64,000 nt of DNA, taken from positions 186,001 through 250,000 of the forward strand of contig NIVC01000835.1 in NCBI GenBank assembly GCA_002269645.1, in the 5' to 3' direction. The notes beneath the pieces are model-generated. The model did no database searches and was not told where the DNA came from. It was given only the letters and a program-made list of their open reading frames with translations. The position numbers were made by a program, and so were the translations under genes. This document shows, in pieces, positions 14,822 to 26,154 of this stretch. Positions within the stretch are counted from its first letter, which is position 1. Each line of letters opens with the position of its first letter. Origin of the DNA: Macrostomum lignano (taxonomy: Eukaryota).

Positions 14822-15690
14822 CCCATGATAAACCTTGAGCATCCAGAGAAATTCACCATGACGAGTCTTGAGCATCCAGAGAAATTCCCCATGATGAGCC
14901 TTGAGCGCTCGGAGAAATTCCCCATCATGAGCCTTGAGCACCCGGAGAAATTCCCCATGATGAGCCTTGAGCACCCGGAGAAATTCCCCATGATGAGCCT
15001 TGAGCGCCCGGAGAAATTCCCCATGATTAGCCTTGAGCGCCCGGAGAAATTCCCCATGATGAGCCTTGAGCACCCGGAGAAATTCCCCATGATGAGCCTT
15101 GAGCGCTCGGAGAAATTCCCCATAATGAGCGTTGAGCACCCGGAGAAATTCCCCATGATGAGCCTTGAGCACCCGGAGAAATTCCCCATGATGAGCCTTG
15201 AGCGCTCGGAGAAATTCCCCATAATGAGCGTTGAGCACCCGGAGAAATTCCCCATGATGAGCCTTGAGCATCCAGAGAAATTCACCATGACGAGTCTTGA
15301 GCATCCAGAGAAATTCTCCATGATGAGCCTTGAGCGCCCGGAGAAATTCCCCATGACGAGTCTTGAGCATCCAGAGAAATTCCCCATGATGAGCCTTGAG
15401 CACCCGGAGAAATTCCCCATGATGAGCCTTGAGCGCCCGGAGAAATTCCCCATGATTAGCCTTGAGCGCCCGGAGAAATTCCCCATGATGAGCCTTGAGC
15501 ACCCGGAGAAATTCCCCATGATGAGCCTTGAGCGCTCGGAGAAATTCCCCATAATGAGCGTTGAGCACCCGGAGAAATTCCCCATGATGAGCCTTGAGCA
15601 TCCAGAGAAATTCACCATGACGAGTCTTGAGCATCCAGAGAAATTCCCCATGATTAGCCTTGAGCACACGGAGAAATTCCCTTGTGATGA
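14822..15690. repeat. 33-bp tandem array (GAGCACCCGGAGAAATTCCCCATGATGAGCCTT), about 26 units
   Basis: Read directly; translates as EHPEKFPMMSL repeats with no indels seen; coding status unsupported. Confidence 0.95.
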
Positions 15691-16554
15691 GCGTTGAGAA
15701 ATCAAAAGAGCCTTTTAAAACGGCACAACCAGCGTTTCAGTTTCTTCTCAATGGAAGTCAATAAAACTATTTTGGCATTTCTATATGTATTTCTATATAA
15801 ATTATTCATAACAAATATATTTTATAATCCGCGAATAGTATGCGTAGAACAGTATGTACAAATGAAGCCAATTTTTTCAATAGCAAAGTTACCAGCAGCT
15901 ACATATACAGTATAGTATACTACAAGATAGCAAATTTAAATATGTTTGGGAAGATAGGAGTTGAAAGAGATTCAATTACCAGGATTAAACTGCATTCGGA
16001 ATTCCCCCTGATTACGGCACGAGGAATCAGACAGCAGTCCCAGGACGATAAAAAGGTGACACTCCCGTCCCCGTGTTTATAACAAGTATTTCTATCGATG
16101 CCATAACTTTGTTTTTGGTTGCCATGCGGGTTCTATACAGCCATGCAGTGTGCTACATGACTGCAGGGGCATAAAAACATGCGAAATGCGACACTATCCG
16201 ATGGATGTTGTAACACGAGAATTTCGGAATTTTTATCTGCTGCGAGTGAGCGCTAAAACTTGAAGCTTGAAAATGTTTTATAGCCATCATCAACATTATC
16301 GGCATATATTAGCATGCGGTTGATATGCAAGTGAGACAATTTATGCACATGTGTACGGAAAATATGTTGGCTCAAACAGTTGCGCATGGTTGAAAGAAAA
16401 TTTATAGGGGATTAGCTGACTTATAGATCCCCTGCCCTACACGACTGCATCAGTATTTACATAATCAGAGCTTTCTTATCACAAGAGGAAATGCATTGAA
16501 GCAGTTTCAATTATTATATGCATATACAAGTCAGTCTGCCATCCAGCCAGCAAG

Positions 16555-16654
16555 TCAGTGCATCGAGGCGTCGCTATCGTCTGTAGATTCAACGTCAATC
16601 TCCTGGTCGAAGTCGTCTTCGTCGTCATCGTAGTCGGCGATCACTTTGACGACG

Positions 16655-16685
<31 letters not shown>

Positions 16686-17639
16686 TGACGGCGTGAAGGC
16701 CGCCCCCGAGGCCGCCGGCAGCGCACAGCTCGTGAGTCTTCCTGTGCTTGCTGAGGTGGTCGGAGCGCATGAACCGCTTGCCGCACTGGCCGCAGGAGAA
16801 TCGCTTTTCGCCCGTGTGCGTCCGCATGTGGCGCTGCAGCTCGTCGGACCGCGTGAAAGACTTGCCGCAGTAGAACCAGCTGCAGACGAACGGCCGGTCG
16901 CCCCGGTGCCAGCGGAGATGCGCCTTCAAATGCGAGGTCTTGCCGTAGACTCGGCCGCAGTTGTCAAAGTGGCAGATGTGCACCGCCGTTCGCCTGGCTT
17001 CAGCTTGAGGCTGGGGTCCATGCAGTTCGGGCACTGGCAGCGGCGGCATCGGCGCTGACCGGCCGCTGCATGGGGTGGCTGCGGCTGCTGCTTTGGCTGC
17101 TTCTGACGCACCGGCTGCTGCTTCTGCTGAGGCGCCTGCGGTGGCTGAGCCGGCTGAGGCTGCTGCGCCGCCGGCACGTTCAGCGACCACCAGGCCGCGC
17201 CAAGACGCTTCGCCTCCTGGCGCTTCTGCTCATGCTCGACTCCGCCGCCGCGGCAGCTCCTGTCGGACAGAATCGACTCGACAGAGAAGCTCAGCTTGGC
17301 CGGGCTGCCGCCGCCACTGCCGGCGCTGCAGGTCGAGGCCAACCGCTCGATCGATCGGCGCGCTGGCTGTGGATTCGTCGGCCCTTTCGTCGTCGTCAGT
17401 GGTACAGCGGCGGAGGAGGCGGCGGCTACTGAGGCCGCGGACGCCACGGCAGCCGCAGCGGCAGCCGCTGCCGCAGCCATAGCAGACATCGGCGAGCCGA
17501 GAGATGCAGGCTGAAGCGGCAGCCCCCTCAGATGATGGTGCTGCGGTCCCGGCTGTTGCTGGTGCGGCAGCTGGTACTGCGGGCAGAACGGCCGGCCGGG
17601 CATGAAGAACGGCGGCAGGTAGGCGGCCGCTCCGTGCAT
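16555..17639 (-). CDS. sp5: Sp5/buttonhead-class C2H2 zinc-finger transcription factor, intronless, with an apparent 1-bp frameshift at about 16984 (361 aa if one G is restored)
   Basis: ORF 17639-16926 has an Sp-box-like [10 protein letters not shown], a WW motif and the buttonhead box [14 protein letters not shown] 17190-16555 has three Sp fingers ([46 protein letters not shown]). KSFTRSD plus CGKRFMR is Sp5-like. The frames join at ...GAA CGG CG[G] GTG CAC ATC. Confidence 0.9.
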
Positions 17640-17765
17640 GATTCTCTCCTCGTTTTGCTACTGCAGCAACTGCACAAAAAAGTTGATAGCAGGGGATAAA
17701 CTGCTGTGTTAGTGGATTCAAAAGGATGGGACAAATTGGTGGATTCCAGCGCGGGAGTTGGTGAA

Positions 17766-17937
17766 TTTATAAAGCAGCAGGAGACAGGGGGAGGAGGAGG
17801 GTGGGAAGATTTGGGCGGGGGCGACTTTGCCAAAACACGGGTGGGCGGGGTCCGGCAGACTGTGGAGACCAATGGCAGCGGAGGGGCGGCCCCAGCTTTG
17901 CCTATGGTTCATTCCCGCCCCCTCCAATCAGCCGCCC
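17766..17937 (-). promoter_or_regulatory. Putative sp5 promoter: TATA-like element plus GC-box/CCAAT cluster
   Basis: TTTATAAA at 17766-17773, about 130 bp upstream of the ATG. GGGCGG/CCGCCC at 17813, 17843, 17884, 17915, 17932. CCAAT at 17869 and 17924. Confidence 0.55.
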
Positions 17938-18705
17938 CTGCATCCACAGCCTCGGAGACCCAGCTCCTCCTCCTCATCAGTCAGGCCCCACGCCCCAGTT
18001 CCCACACCAGGCGCCCCCGAAATGACGCAACTGGAAAAGTTTTGCTGGTCCTTCTGGACAATCCCCGCCGCCTCAAGAGAGAAATGGGATTATAAACAAG
18101 CTGAGGAATTTGGAATCCCCGCGGGGAACATGAGCACACCGCCACCCACCCCAGGACCTGTTGCTGCCCTGGATACCCTTGATGGGATAATTGGTGGCGC
18201 CCAGTCAGCCTTACACCCGCCCACAAACAAATGCGCTGTGAAGTTGGGAGACTGCAGGCTTGTCTTGTTTCGTCGCTATGGCGTCATCACTCTGGACCCC
18301 CTGTTCTGTCCGAAATCTCTTTTTTTGTCCGCAGGGGGGAGGAGGCAGACCTGGGGGGGGGAGAAAGGTAGCCTGCCTGACCTTCAGGTGACAATCGCGA
18401 CCACCTACCTGGACAGTGTGGGGGACGGCAGTTGTCATGGGCAACTTAAATTTTTCGGGACCCACCTGACTCGGGCAACCAGCCTCTTGTTTTGGTTGCT
18501 ACCAAATGTTAACAAGATGGATTTAGTTGAACCGTATTTGATTGATTCTGCATTAGAAAGTAAGAGAAACTCAGGGGACAGGGCTCATTGTGCTCCCGAA
18601 TTCTTTGAGACAGCAGTTTCCCTTCCACGTTAAAAGAATCCTTGAGCTCAATTTCGGTTCAGAAATCCCTTTGTGAAAATCAATTTCGAAGTTCCTATCT
18701 TAGAC

Positions 18706-21260
18706 CCTCGGACTCTGCCATCTCGGACTCTCCCTCTCTGTCTCTCCCTCTCTGTCTCTCCCTCTCTGACTCTCCTCTCTCTGACTGTGCCCTCCCTGAC
18801 TCTCCCTCTCTGTCTCTCCCTCTCTGACTCTCCCTCTCTGACTCTCCCCTCTCTGACTGTGCCCTCTCTGGCTCTCCCTCTCTGGCTCTCCCTCTCTGAC
18901 TCTCCCCTCTCTGTCTCTCCCTCTCTGACTATCCCTCTCTGTCTCTCCCTCTCTGACTCTCCCCTCTCTGACTGTGCCCTCTCTGACTCTCCCTCTCTGA
19001 CTCTCCCCTCTCTGTCTCTCCCTCTCTGACTATCCCTCTCTGTCTCTCCCTCTCTGACTCTCCCCTCTCTGACTGTGCCCTCTCTGGCTCTCCCTCTCTG
19101 GCTCTCCCTCTCTGACTCTCCCCTCTCTGTCTCTCCCTCTCTGACTGTCCCTCTCTGACTCTGTCTCTCTGACTCTCCCCTCTCTGACTGTGCCCTCTAT
19201 GTCTCTCCCTCTTTGACTCTCCCCTCTCTGGCTCTCCCTCTCTGACTGTGCCCTCTCTGACTCTCCCTCTCTGTCTCTGCCTCTCTGACTCTCCCTCTCT
19301 GTCTCTGCCTCTCTGACTCTCCCCTCTCTGTCTCTCCCTCTCTGACTATCCCTCTGTGTCTCTCCCTCTCTGTCTCTCCCTCTCTGACTATCCCTCTGTG
19401 TCTCTCCCTCTCTGACTCTCCCCTCTCTGACTGTGCCCTCTCTGACTCTCCCTCTCTGTCTCTCCCTCTCTGGCTCTCCCCTCTCTGTCTCTCCCTCTCT
19501 GACTATCCCTCTGTGTCTCTCCCTCTCTGACTCTCCCCTCTCTGACTGTGCCCTCTCTGACTCTCCCTCTCTGTCTCTCCCTCTCTGACTCTCCCCTCTC
19601 TGTCTCTCCCTCTCTGACTGTCCCTCTCTGACTCTCCCCTCTCTCACTGTACCCTCTATGTCTCTCCCTCTTTGACTCTCCCCTCTCTGGCTCTCCCTCT
19701 CTGACTGTGCCCTCTCTGACTCTCCCTCTCTGACTGTGCCCTCTCTGACTCTCCCTCTCTGTCTCTGCCTCTCTGACTCTCCCCTCTCTGGCTCTCCCCT
19801 CTCTGTCTCTCCCTCTCTGACTGTCCCTCTCTGACTCTCCCCTCTCTGACTGTGCCCTCTATGTCTCTGCCTCTCTGACTCTCCCCTCTCTGTCTCTCCC
19901 TCTCTGACTATCCCTCTCTGACTCTCCCTCTCTGTCTCTCCCTCTCTGGCTCTCCCCTCTCTGTCTCTCCCTCACTGACTCTCCCTCTCTGGCTCTCCCT
20001 CTCTGACTGTGCCCTCTCTGACTCTCCCCTCTTTGTCTCTCCCTCTCTGACTATCCCTGTGTGTCTCTCCCTCTATGTCCCTCCCTCTCTGACTCTGTCT
20101 CTCTGACTCTCCCTCTCTGACTATCCCTGTGTGTCTCTCCCTCTATGTCCCTCCCTCTCTGACTCTGTCTCTCTGACTCTCCCTCTCTGACTCTCCCTCT
20201 CTGACTGTGCCCTCTCTGACTCTCCCTCTCTGTCTCTCCCTCTCTGGCTCTCCCCTCTCTTTCTCTCCCTCTCTGACTCTCCCTCTCTGACTGTGCCCTC
20301 TCTGACTCTCCCTCTCTGTCTCTCCCTCACTGTCTCTCCCTCTCTGACTCTGTCTCTCTGACTCTCCCTCTCTGACTCTCCCTCTCTGGCTCTCCCTCTC
20401 TGACTGTGCCCTCTCTGACTCTCCCCTCTCTGTCTCTCCCTCTCTGGCTCTCCCCTCTCTGTCTCTCCCTCTCTGACTGTCCCTCTCTGACTCTCCCCTC
20501 TCTGACTGTGCCCTCTATGTCTCTCCCTCTTTGACTCTCCCCTCTCTGGCTCTCCCTCTCTGACTGTACCCTCTCTGACTCTCCCTCTCTGTCTCTCCCT
20601 CTCTGGCTCTCCCCTCTCTTTCTCTCCCTCTCTGACTCTCCCTCTCTGACTGTGCCCTCTCTGACTCTCCCTCTCTGTCTAGTCCCTGTCTCTCTCTCCC
20701 TCTCTGACTCTGTCTCTCTGACTCTCCCTCTCTGACTCTCCCTCTCTGGCTCTCCCTCTCTGACTGTGCCCTCTCTGACTCTCCCTTCTCTGTCTCTCCC
20801 TCTCTGACTATCCCTGTGTGTCTCTCCCTCTATGTCCCTCCCTCTCTGACTCTGTCTCTCTGACTCTCCCCTCTCTGACTGTACCCTCTCTGTCTCTCCC
20901 TCTCTGTCTCTCCCTCTCCGACTCTCCCTCTCTGACTGTACCCTCTCTGTCTCTCCCTCTCTGTCTCTCCCTCTCCGACTCTCCCTCTCTGACTGTGCCC
21001 TCTCTGACTCTCCCTCTCTGTCTCTCCCTCTCTGGCTCTCCCCTCTCTGTCTCTCCCTCTCTGACTCTCCCTCTCTGACTGTGCCCTCTCTGACTCTCCC
21101 TCTCTGTCTCTCCCTCACTGTCTCTCCCTCTCTGACTCTGTCTTCTGACTCTCCCCTCTCTGACTCTCCCTCTCTGACTTTCCCTCTCTGACTGCACCCT
21201 CTCTGACTCCACCACTCTGACTCTGTACCCTCTATCTCTATACCTCTCTCTCTCTCATCT
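18706..21260. repeat. CT-rich low-complexity compound repeat (CTCTGACTCTCCCTCT-type units)
   Basis: About 2.5 kb, nearly pure pyrimidine on the plus strand. Confidence 0.96.
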
Positions 21261-22377
21261 GACTACCCTCTCCCCGTTCTCTCGCTGACCCTACCATCTC
21301 TCATTCTCCCTCTCCACCTCTCTCTGAAGTCTACATCCGCTCGTAACGGAAAGAAGGTTGCCTCAACTGTGGATAAAATCAGTTTTTTTACAACAAAAGC
21401 CTTATACAGTCAGTACGTATAGCAACTAAATTTAGAATCAGTTTATGATGGGGGTTGAGGAGAATTGTACACCGCGACACACTGTTCCCTTCCAATATAC
21501 GATGCTGTTTAGTTTTAGCCATATAGTGACAAAACTAAACCGTTTATGCGCATTTGTTTATGCATTCATTAGAATAGGAAAGGTGTTGTACACACAAACT
21601 TGTGCATGGAAATTTCCCTCTTCGCGCCTGGTCAAAGGGGTGTCGAAATGTGTCTGCCTCTTTTTGCCTAGCAACCCGGAGCACATGTGTGTGTAGTGTA
21701 AACAGTGAATAGTTTTGGGCTTGGGATACAAAAATCACTTTTATAGGACCTGCAGGCCGCCGCAGGGGGGGGCGGTGAGAGGGAGAGATTTCCTGTTGGG
21801 AGGCAATTAGAAAATGTGAGAAGGGCCACCCACACTGGACACACACACAGGCTGGCCCAGCAACAAGTTGTGAAGGCATTTTATGCATAGGAAAGGAAAC
21901 GCAACACCTCCCAGTCCTTGTTTTCGCATGGATTGGCTGTCTATGGCACAGGCTGTGGCTCCGTGCGCTGCATGGACCAGCGCGCACTGATAAATATATA
22001 GAAGCGCAAATGACCATCAGCCAAGTTTAGGTGGATTCCGTCATGGACCCGATTGCGCAAGCAGTCAAGACAGCCCTGTATCTATACACATTTGCCATGT
22101 TTGGTGACTGTATATAGCTGGTTCGATTACAGTTTGAAGGCTGTCAAAACTTGGGTTGTTGGATAATGTCTCTATGTGTGTGTAGCAAACCAAAGGCTTA
22201 GCAACCATGAAAGTCAAAAGTTCCCGGCCGCGTTTCCGGTTTCCCAACTTCCGCCATAGATTGTCATGTAGTTGGACTGCCCATGCAGGGATTTCAATTG
22301 AAGGGGCACAACCCTAAGGGGCGCCAATATTTGACATGTGGGCGCCACTGTCTCTTGGTGAGCGCCCTGTCTCTTGG

Positions 22378-22822
22378 TCACTCTCTTACCCCCAATATCA
22401 CTCTCTTACTCCTAATGTCACTCTCTTACTACCAATGTCACTCTCTTACTCCTAATGTCACTCTCTTACTCCTAATGTCACTCTCTTACTCCTAATGTCA
22501 CTCTCTTACTCCTAATGTCACTCTCTTACTACCAATATCACTCTCTTACTCCTAATGTCACTCTCTTACTCCTAATGTCACTCTCTTACTCCTAATGTCA
22601 CTCTCTTACTCCTAATGTCACTCTCTTACTATCAATGTCACTCTCTTACTCCTAATGTCACTCTCTTACTCCTAATGTCACTCTCTTACTCCTAATGTCA
22701 CTCTCTTACTATCAATGTCACTCTCTTACTCCTAATTTCACTCTCTTACTTCCAATGTCACTCTCTTACTTCCAATGTCACTCTCTTACTACCAATTTCA
22801 CTCTCTTACTATCAATGTCACT
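22378..22822. repeat. 20-bp tandem array (TCACTCTCTTACTCCTAATG), about 22 units
   Basis: Read directly. Confidence 0.96.
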
Positions 22823-23808
22823 ATCTGCTCAAAACTATATGTAACTACGTATCACTATAGTTTGTTATTCTGAGATAAAAACTTAGCCATATGTAAATAA
22901 AAAGCTGTATTGAACTTGTTTACCAACTGACCTGGATGCAATATCAAGAAAGAAATTATGGTGTCGACTATAAATGATTGCTAGAATTTTCTCACCCATA
23001 TAGAACTCGGTCTCAGGAATTTAGCTCATTCACACAAAATAAGCAACCATTCGTTTTAATTAACCTTTTCGTATTCTTTTTAAACCTATATTTGTCTGCG
23101 ATAATTCCGAAATGACAATCGACAACATAAAACTTGTTCTGCAGTTCTCACAATGCATTTTTAACACTGAATTAATCTTGCGAGATGTACCTGGCACACC
23201 TGGGCAGCCAATACTTCAATTCGGCGAGGTCGAGATAGTCGAAGAGAATAAAAAGTAAGACAGAGATTTTGTGCATCAAAAAACGCCGATAAAGGCGGGC
23301 CATACGAAGCGAGTTGTAAAAAATGCCCTATATGGAGGCTGTAGTTACAATACAGGCATATAATGCACCTGCAGTGCCTCCCAGCCTTATACGAGTTGCA
23401 AAAGCGAGAGGTGTATAAATAAGTTCTATCGCGGCCACGCCTTCCCCTAGCTATTGGCAGTTTCTCCCTTGGAGGCTGCATGCTGCTCTTCTAAAACTTT
23501 TCTCGCGCGGATTCTTTTACAATTTGATGCGCGCATAGTGCAGGATGGCGGCGGAACACTAAAAATTGGGATAATAGAAACTGCGGAATGGCTTTAGGGT
23601 TGCCTTCATATATGCCCCTCCCCTAGGGTCATATATGTAATAAAAATATATAATTGCGCGTTAATGATATGCAGTAAGCTTTTGCCGCAGGTGGGAATAA
23701 ACTGATCTAATCTGTACAACACTCACCTTCGACTTACATTCTGAGTCTTTCATAATCTTTAGAAACTCGTCTTATTATCTAAAAATGATTTCTAACACCA
23801 CATTTGTT

Positions 23809-24535
23809 GATCTAGTCTCTGTGATCTAGTCTCTGTGATCTAGTCTCTGTGATCTAGTCTCTGTGATCTAGTCTCTGTGATCTAGTCTCTGTGATCTAGT
23901 CTCTGTGATCTAGTCTCTGTGATCTAGTCTCTGTGATCTAGTCTCTGTGATCTAGTCTCTGTGATCTAGTCTCTGTGATCTAGTCTCTGTGATCTAGTCT
24001 CTGTGATCTAGTCTCTGTGATCTAGTCTCTGTGATCTAGTCTCTGTGATCTAGTCTCTGTGATCTAGTCTCTGTGATCTAGTCTCTGTGATCTAGTCTCT
24101 GTGATCTAGTCTCTGTGATCTAGTCTCTGTGATCTAGTCTCTGTGATCTAGTCTCTGTGATCTAGTCTCTGTGATCTAGTCTCTGTGATCTAGTCTCTGT
24201 GATCTAGTCTCTGTGATCTAGTCTCTGTGATCTAGTCTCTGTGATCTAGTCTCTGTGATCTAGTCTCTGTGATCTAGTCTCTGTGATCTAGTCTCTGTGA
24301 TCTAGTCTCTGTGATCTAGTCTCTGTGATCTAGTCTCTGTGATCTAGTCTCTGTGATCTAGTCTCTGTGATCTAGTCTCTGTGATCTAGTCTCTGTGATC
24401 TAGTCTCTGTGATCTTGTCTCTGTGATCTAGTCTCTGTGATCTAGTCTCTGTGATCTAGTCTCTGTGATCTAGTCTCTGTGATCTAGTCTCTGTGATCTA
24501 GTCTCTGTAATCTAGTGTCTAAAATCTAGTCTCTG
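23809..24535. repeat. 14-bp tandem array (GATCTAGTCTCTGT), about 51 near-perfect units
   Basis: Read directly; one internal variant near 24415. Confidence 0.98.
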
Positions 24536-24584
24536 ACTGTCAGCACTACACAGCTTTCAATATCTTTTATTTTATCTCTATCCG

Positions 24585-24731
24585 CCTGATCTAGTCTCTA
24601 TCAACCTGATCTAGTCTCTATCATCCTGATCTAGTCTCTATCGTCCTGATCACTTATAGGATGACTTGAAATCACTTCAAAAAGCAGATTTATTGCTAGT
24701 CGACTTACCAACTCAAACAAATCCTATAAAA
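24585..24731. repeat. Direct repeat copy A (short 20-mer array plus about 80 bp unique sequence)
   Basis: CACTTATAGGATGACTT...CAAATCCTATAAAA recurs at 25785-25859. Confidence 0.9.
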
Positions 24732-25586
24732 CCTTTTGGAAACCAGAAGGTTCAATCAGTGGCAAAAATAGCAATCGCTGATTATGTATGAATATGATGA
24801 GTCGATTAATAATGACAGGTCTTGTCCGCCAGACGGAGTGACAGATCCGCTAGCAAAAAATTGAACTGCGCTGCTAAAAAGCAGACAGACACGGCGGCGG
24901 AGCTTTCAAGTTCAACCCACCGCCCCACCAAAGAACCCAACCCCCTCGCCTCCACCACCCCTGTGCCAATGGCTTGAGGTGCTGGCCAGTTCGGGGCGTG
25001 GCCCAAAATGTATTATAAAACTTCCAATAGGCCCAAGCCAAGCTGGGGTTGCCAGCTCAGCCTGGACCAGTTGGAGAAGGCCAGGCCTATTGTGCGGGCG
25101 ACCCCCCTCTGTCCCCTGTCATGGACCCCCAATGCCCCACCCCCTCTTCGTCTCAAGAGCAGAGAAAAACGGGTTTAGTGGGTGGGTCGGTAAAGGGGGG
25201 GGCTTACGGCGCCTTTGATGTTTGCCGCTAAAATGAAAGCCCCGATGGCGGCTGCAGCCTTGCCCAGTCTGCTTTTGCACTGGCTGCTGCCAGGGGCGAA
25301 CACACCTTGCCTCTGGGACTTGAAGAGGAAGAGGAGGGAAAGAGGAAGAGGCACTGCAGCCATTGCAGCCATAATGCTTTCAGAAGATTCTGCACAGAGC
25401 ACACACGCGCGGTCTCATCCTTTCAGTCGAACTCGGCTTTGATTGTTCAAACATTATATTAGTATAACAGCCTGTTTGGTCTGTCTAGCTAGATAAAAAA
25501 TCTGGTTAGAATCACCGATATTTTGCTTGAATAAACTCGGTGAACGAGCGAACCAAGCTAAAGCTGCTCGTATTTTATCGGACCTT

Positions 25587-25859
25587 TTAGTCTCTATCAT
25601 CCTGATCTAGTCTGTATCATCCTGATCCAGTCTATCATCCTGATCCAGTCTCTATCATCCTGATCTAGTCTCTATCATCCTGATCTAGTCTCTATCATCC
25701 TGATCTAGTCTCTATCATCCTGATCTAGTCTCTATCAACCTGATCTAGTCTCTATCATCCTGATCTAGTCTTTATCGAACTGATCACTTATAGGATGACT
25801 TAAAATCACTTCAAAAAGCAGATTTATTGCTAGTCGACTTACCAACAAATCCTATAAAA
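25587..25859. repeat. Direct repeat copy B (20-bp array TCTATCATCCTGATCTAGTC plus about 80 bp unique sequence)
   Basis: Unique part matches 24651-24731 apart from one substitution and a 6-bp indel. Confidence 0.9.
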
Positions 25860-26154
25860 TCGGTCGGCCAACTCCGGCCCGCAAAGCCTCTCTATCCGGC
25901 CCTCGGCCCTTTAAAAATCTTAAAATAGCAATCCAGCCCAATTTGTGTCTTTTCTCAGCTCTCTTCTCTCTAATCTCCCCTCCTCTCCATTCTCTCCTCT
26001 CTTCTACTTTATTTTCTCGCCTATTCTTTCTCCGATTTCTTTTCTCTATTCCCTCTCCTCTCTCCCATCCTCTGGCCCGCAGTCAAGCGTCCTATCTGGC
26101 CCGTGAAGTAAAAACGTTTACCAACCCCTGTTTTAGATGCATTATTGCATGCGA

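Noticed and set aside
16975-16995. Programmed ribosomal frameshift or micro-intron in sp5
   Set aside because: No slippery sequence and no GT-AG pair that restores the frame; a 1-bp indel is simpler.
18673-21215. Arg/Glu-rich or Leu/Ser-rich proteins
   Set aside because: Translations of a CT/GA low-complexity tract.
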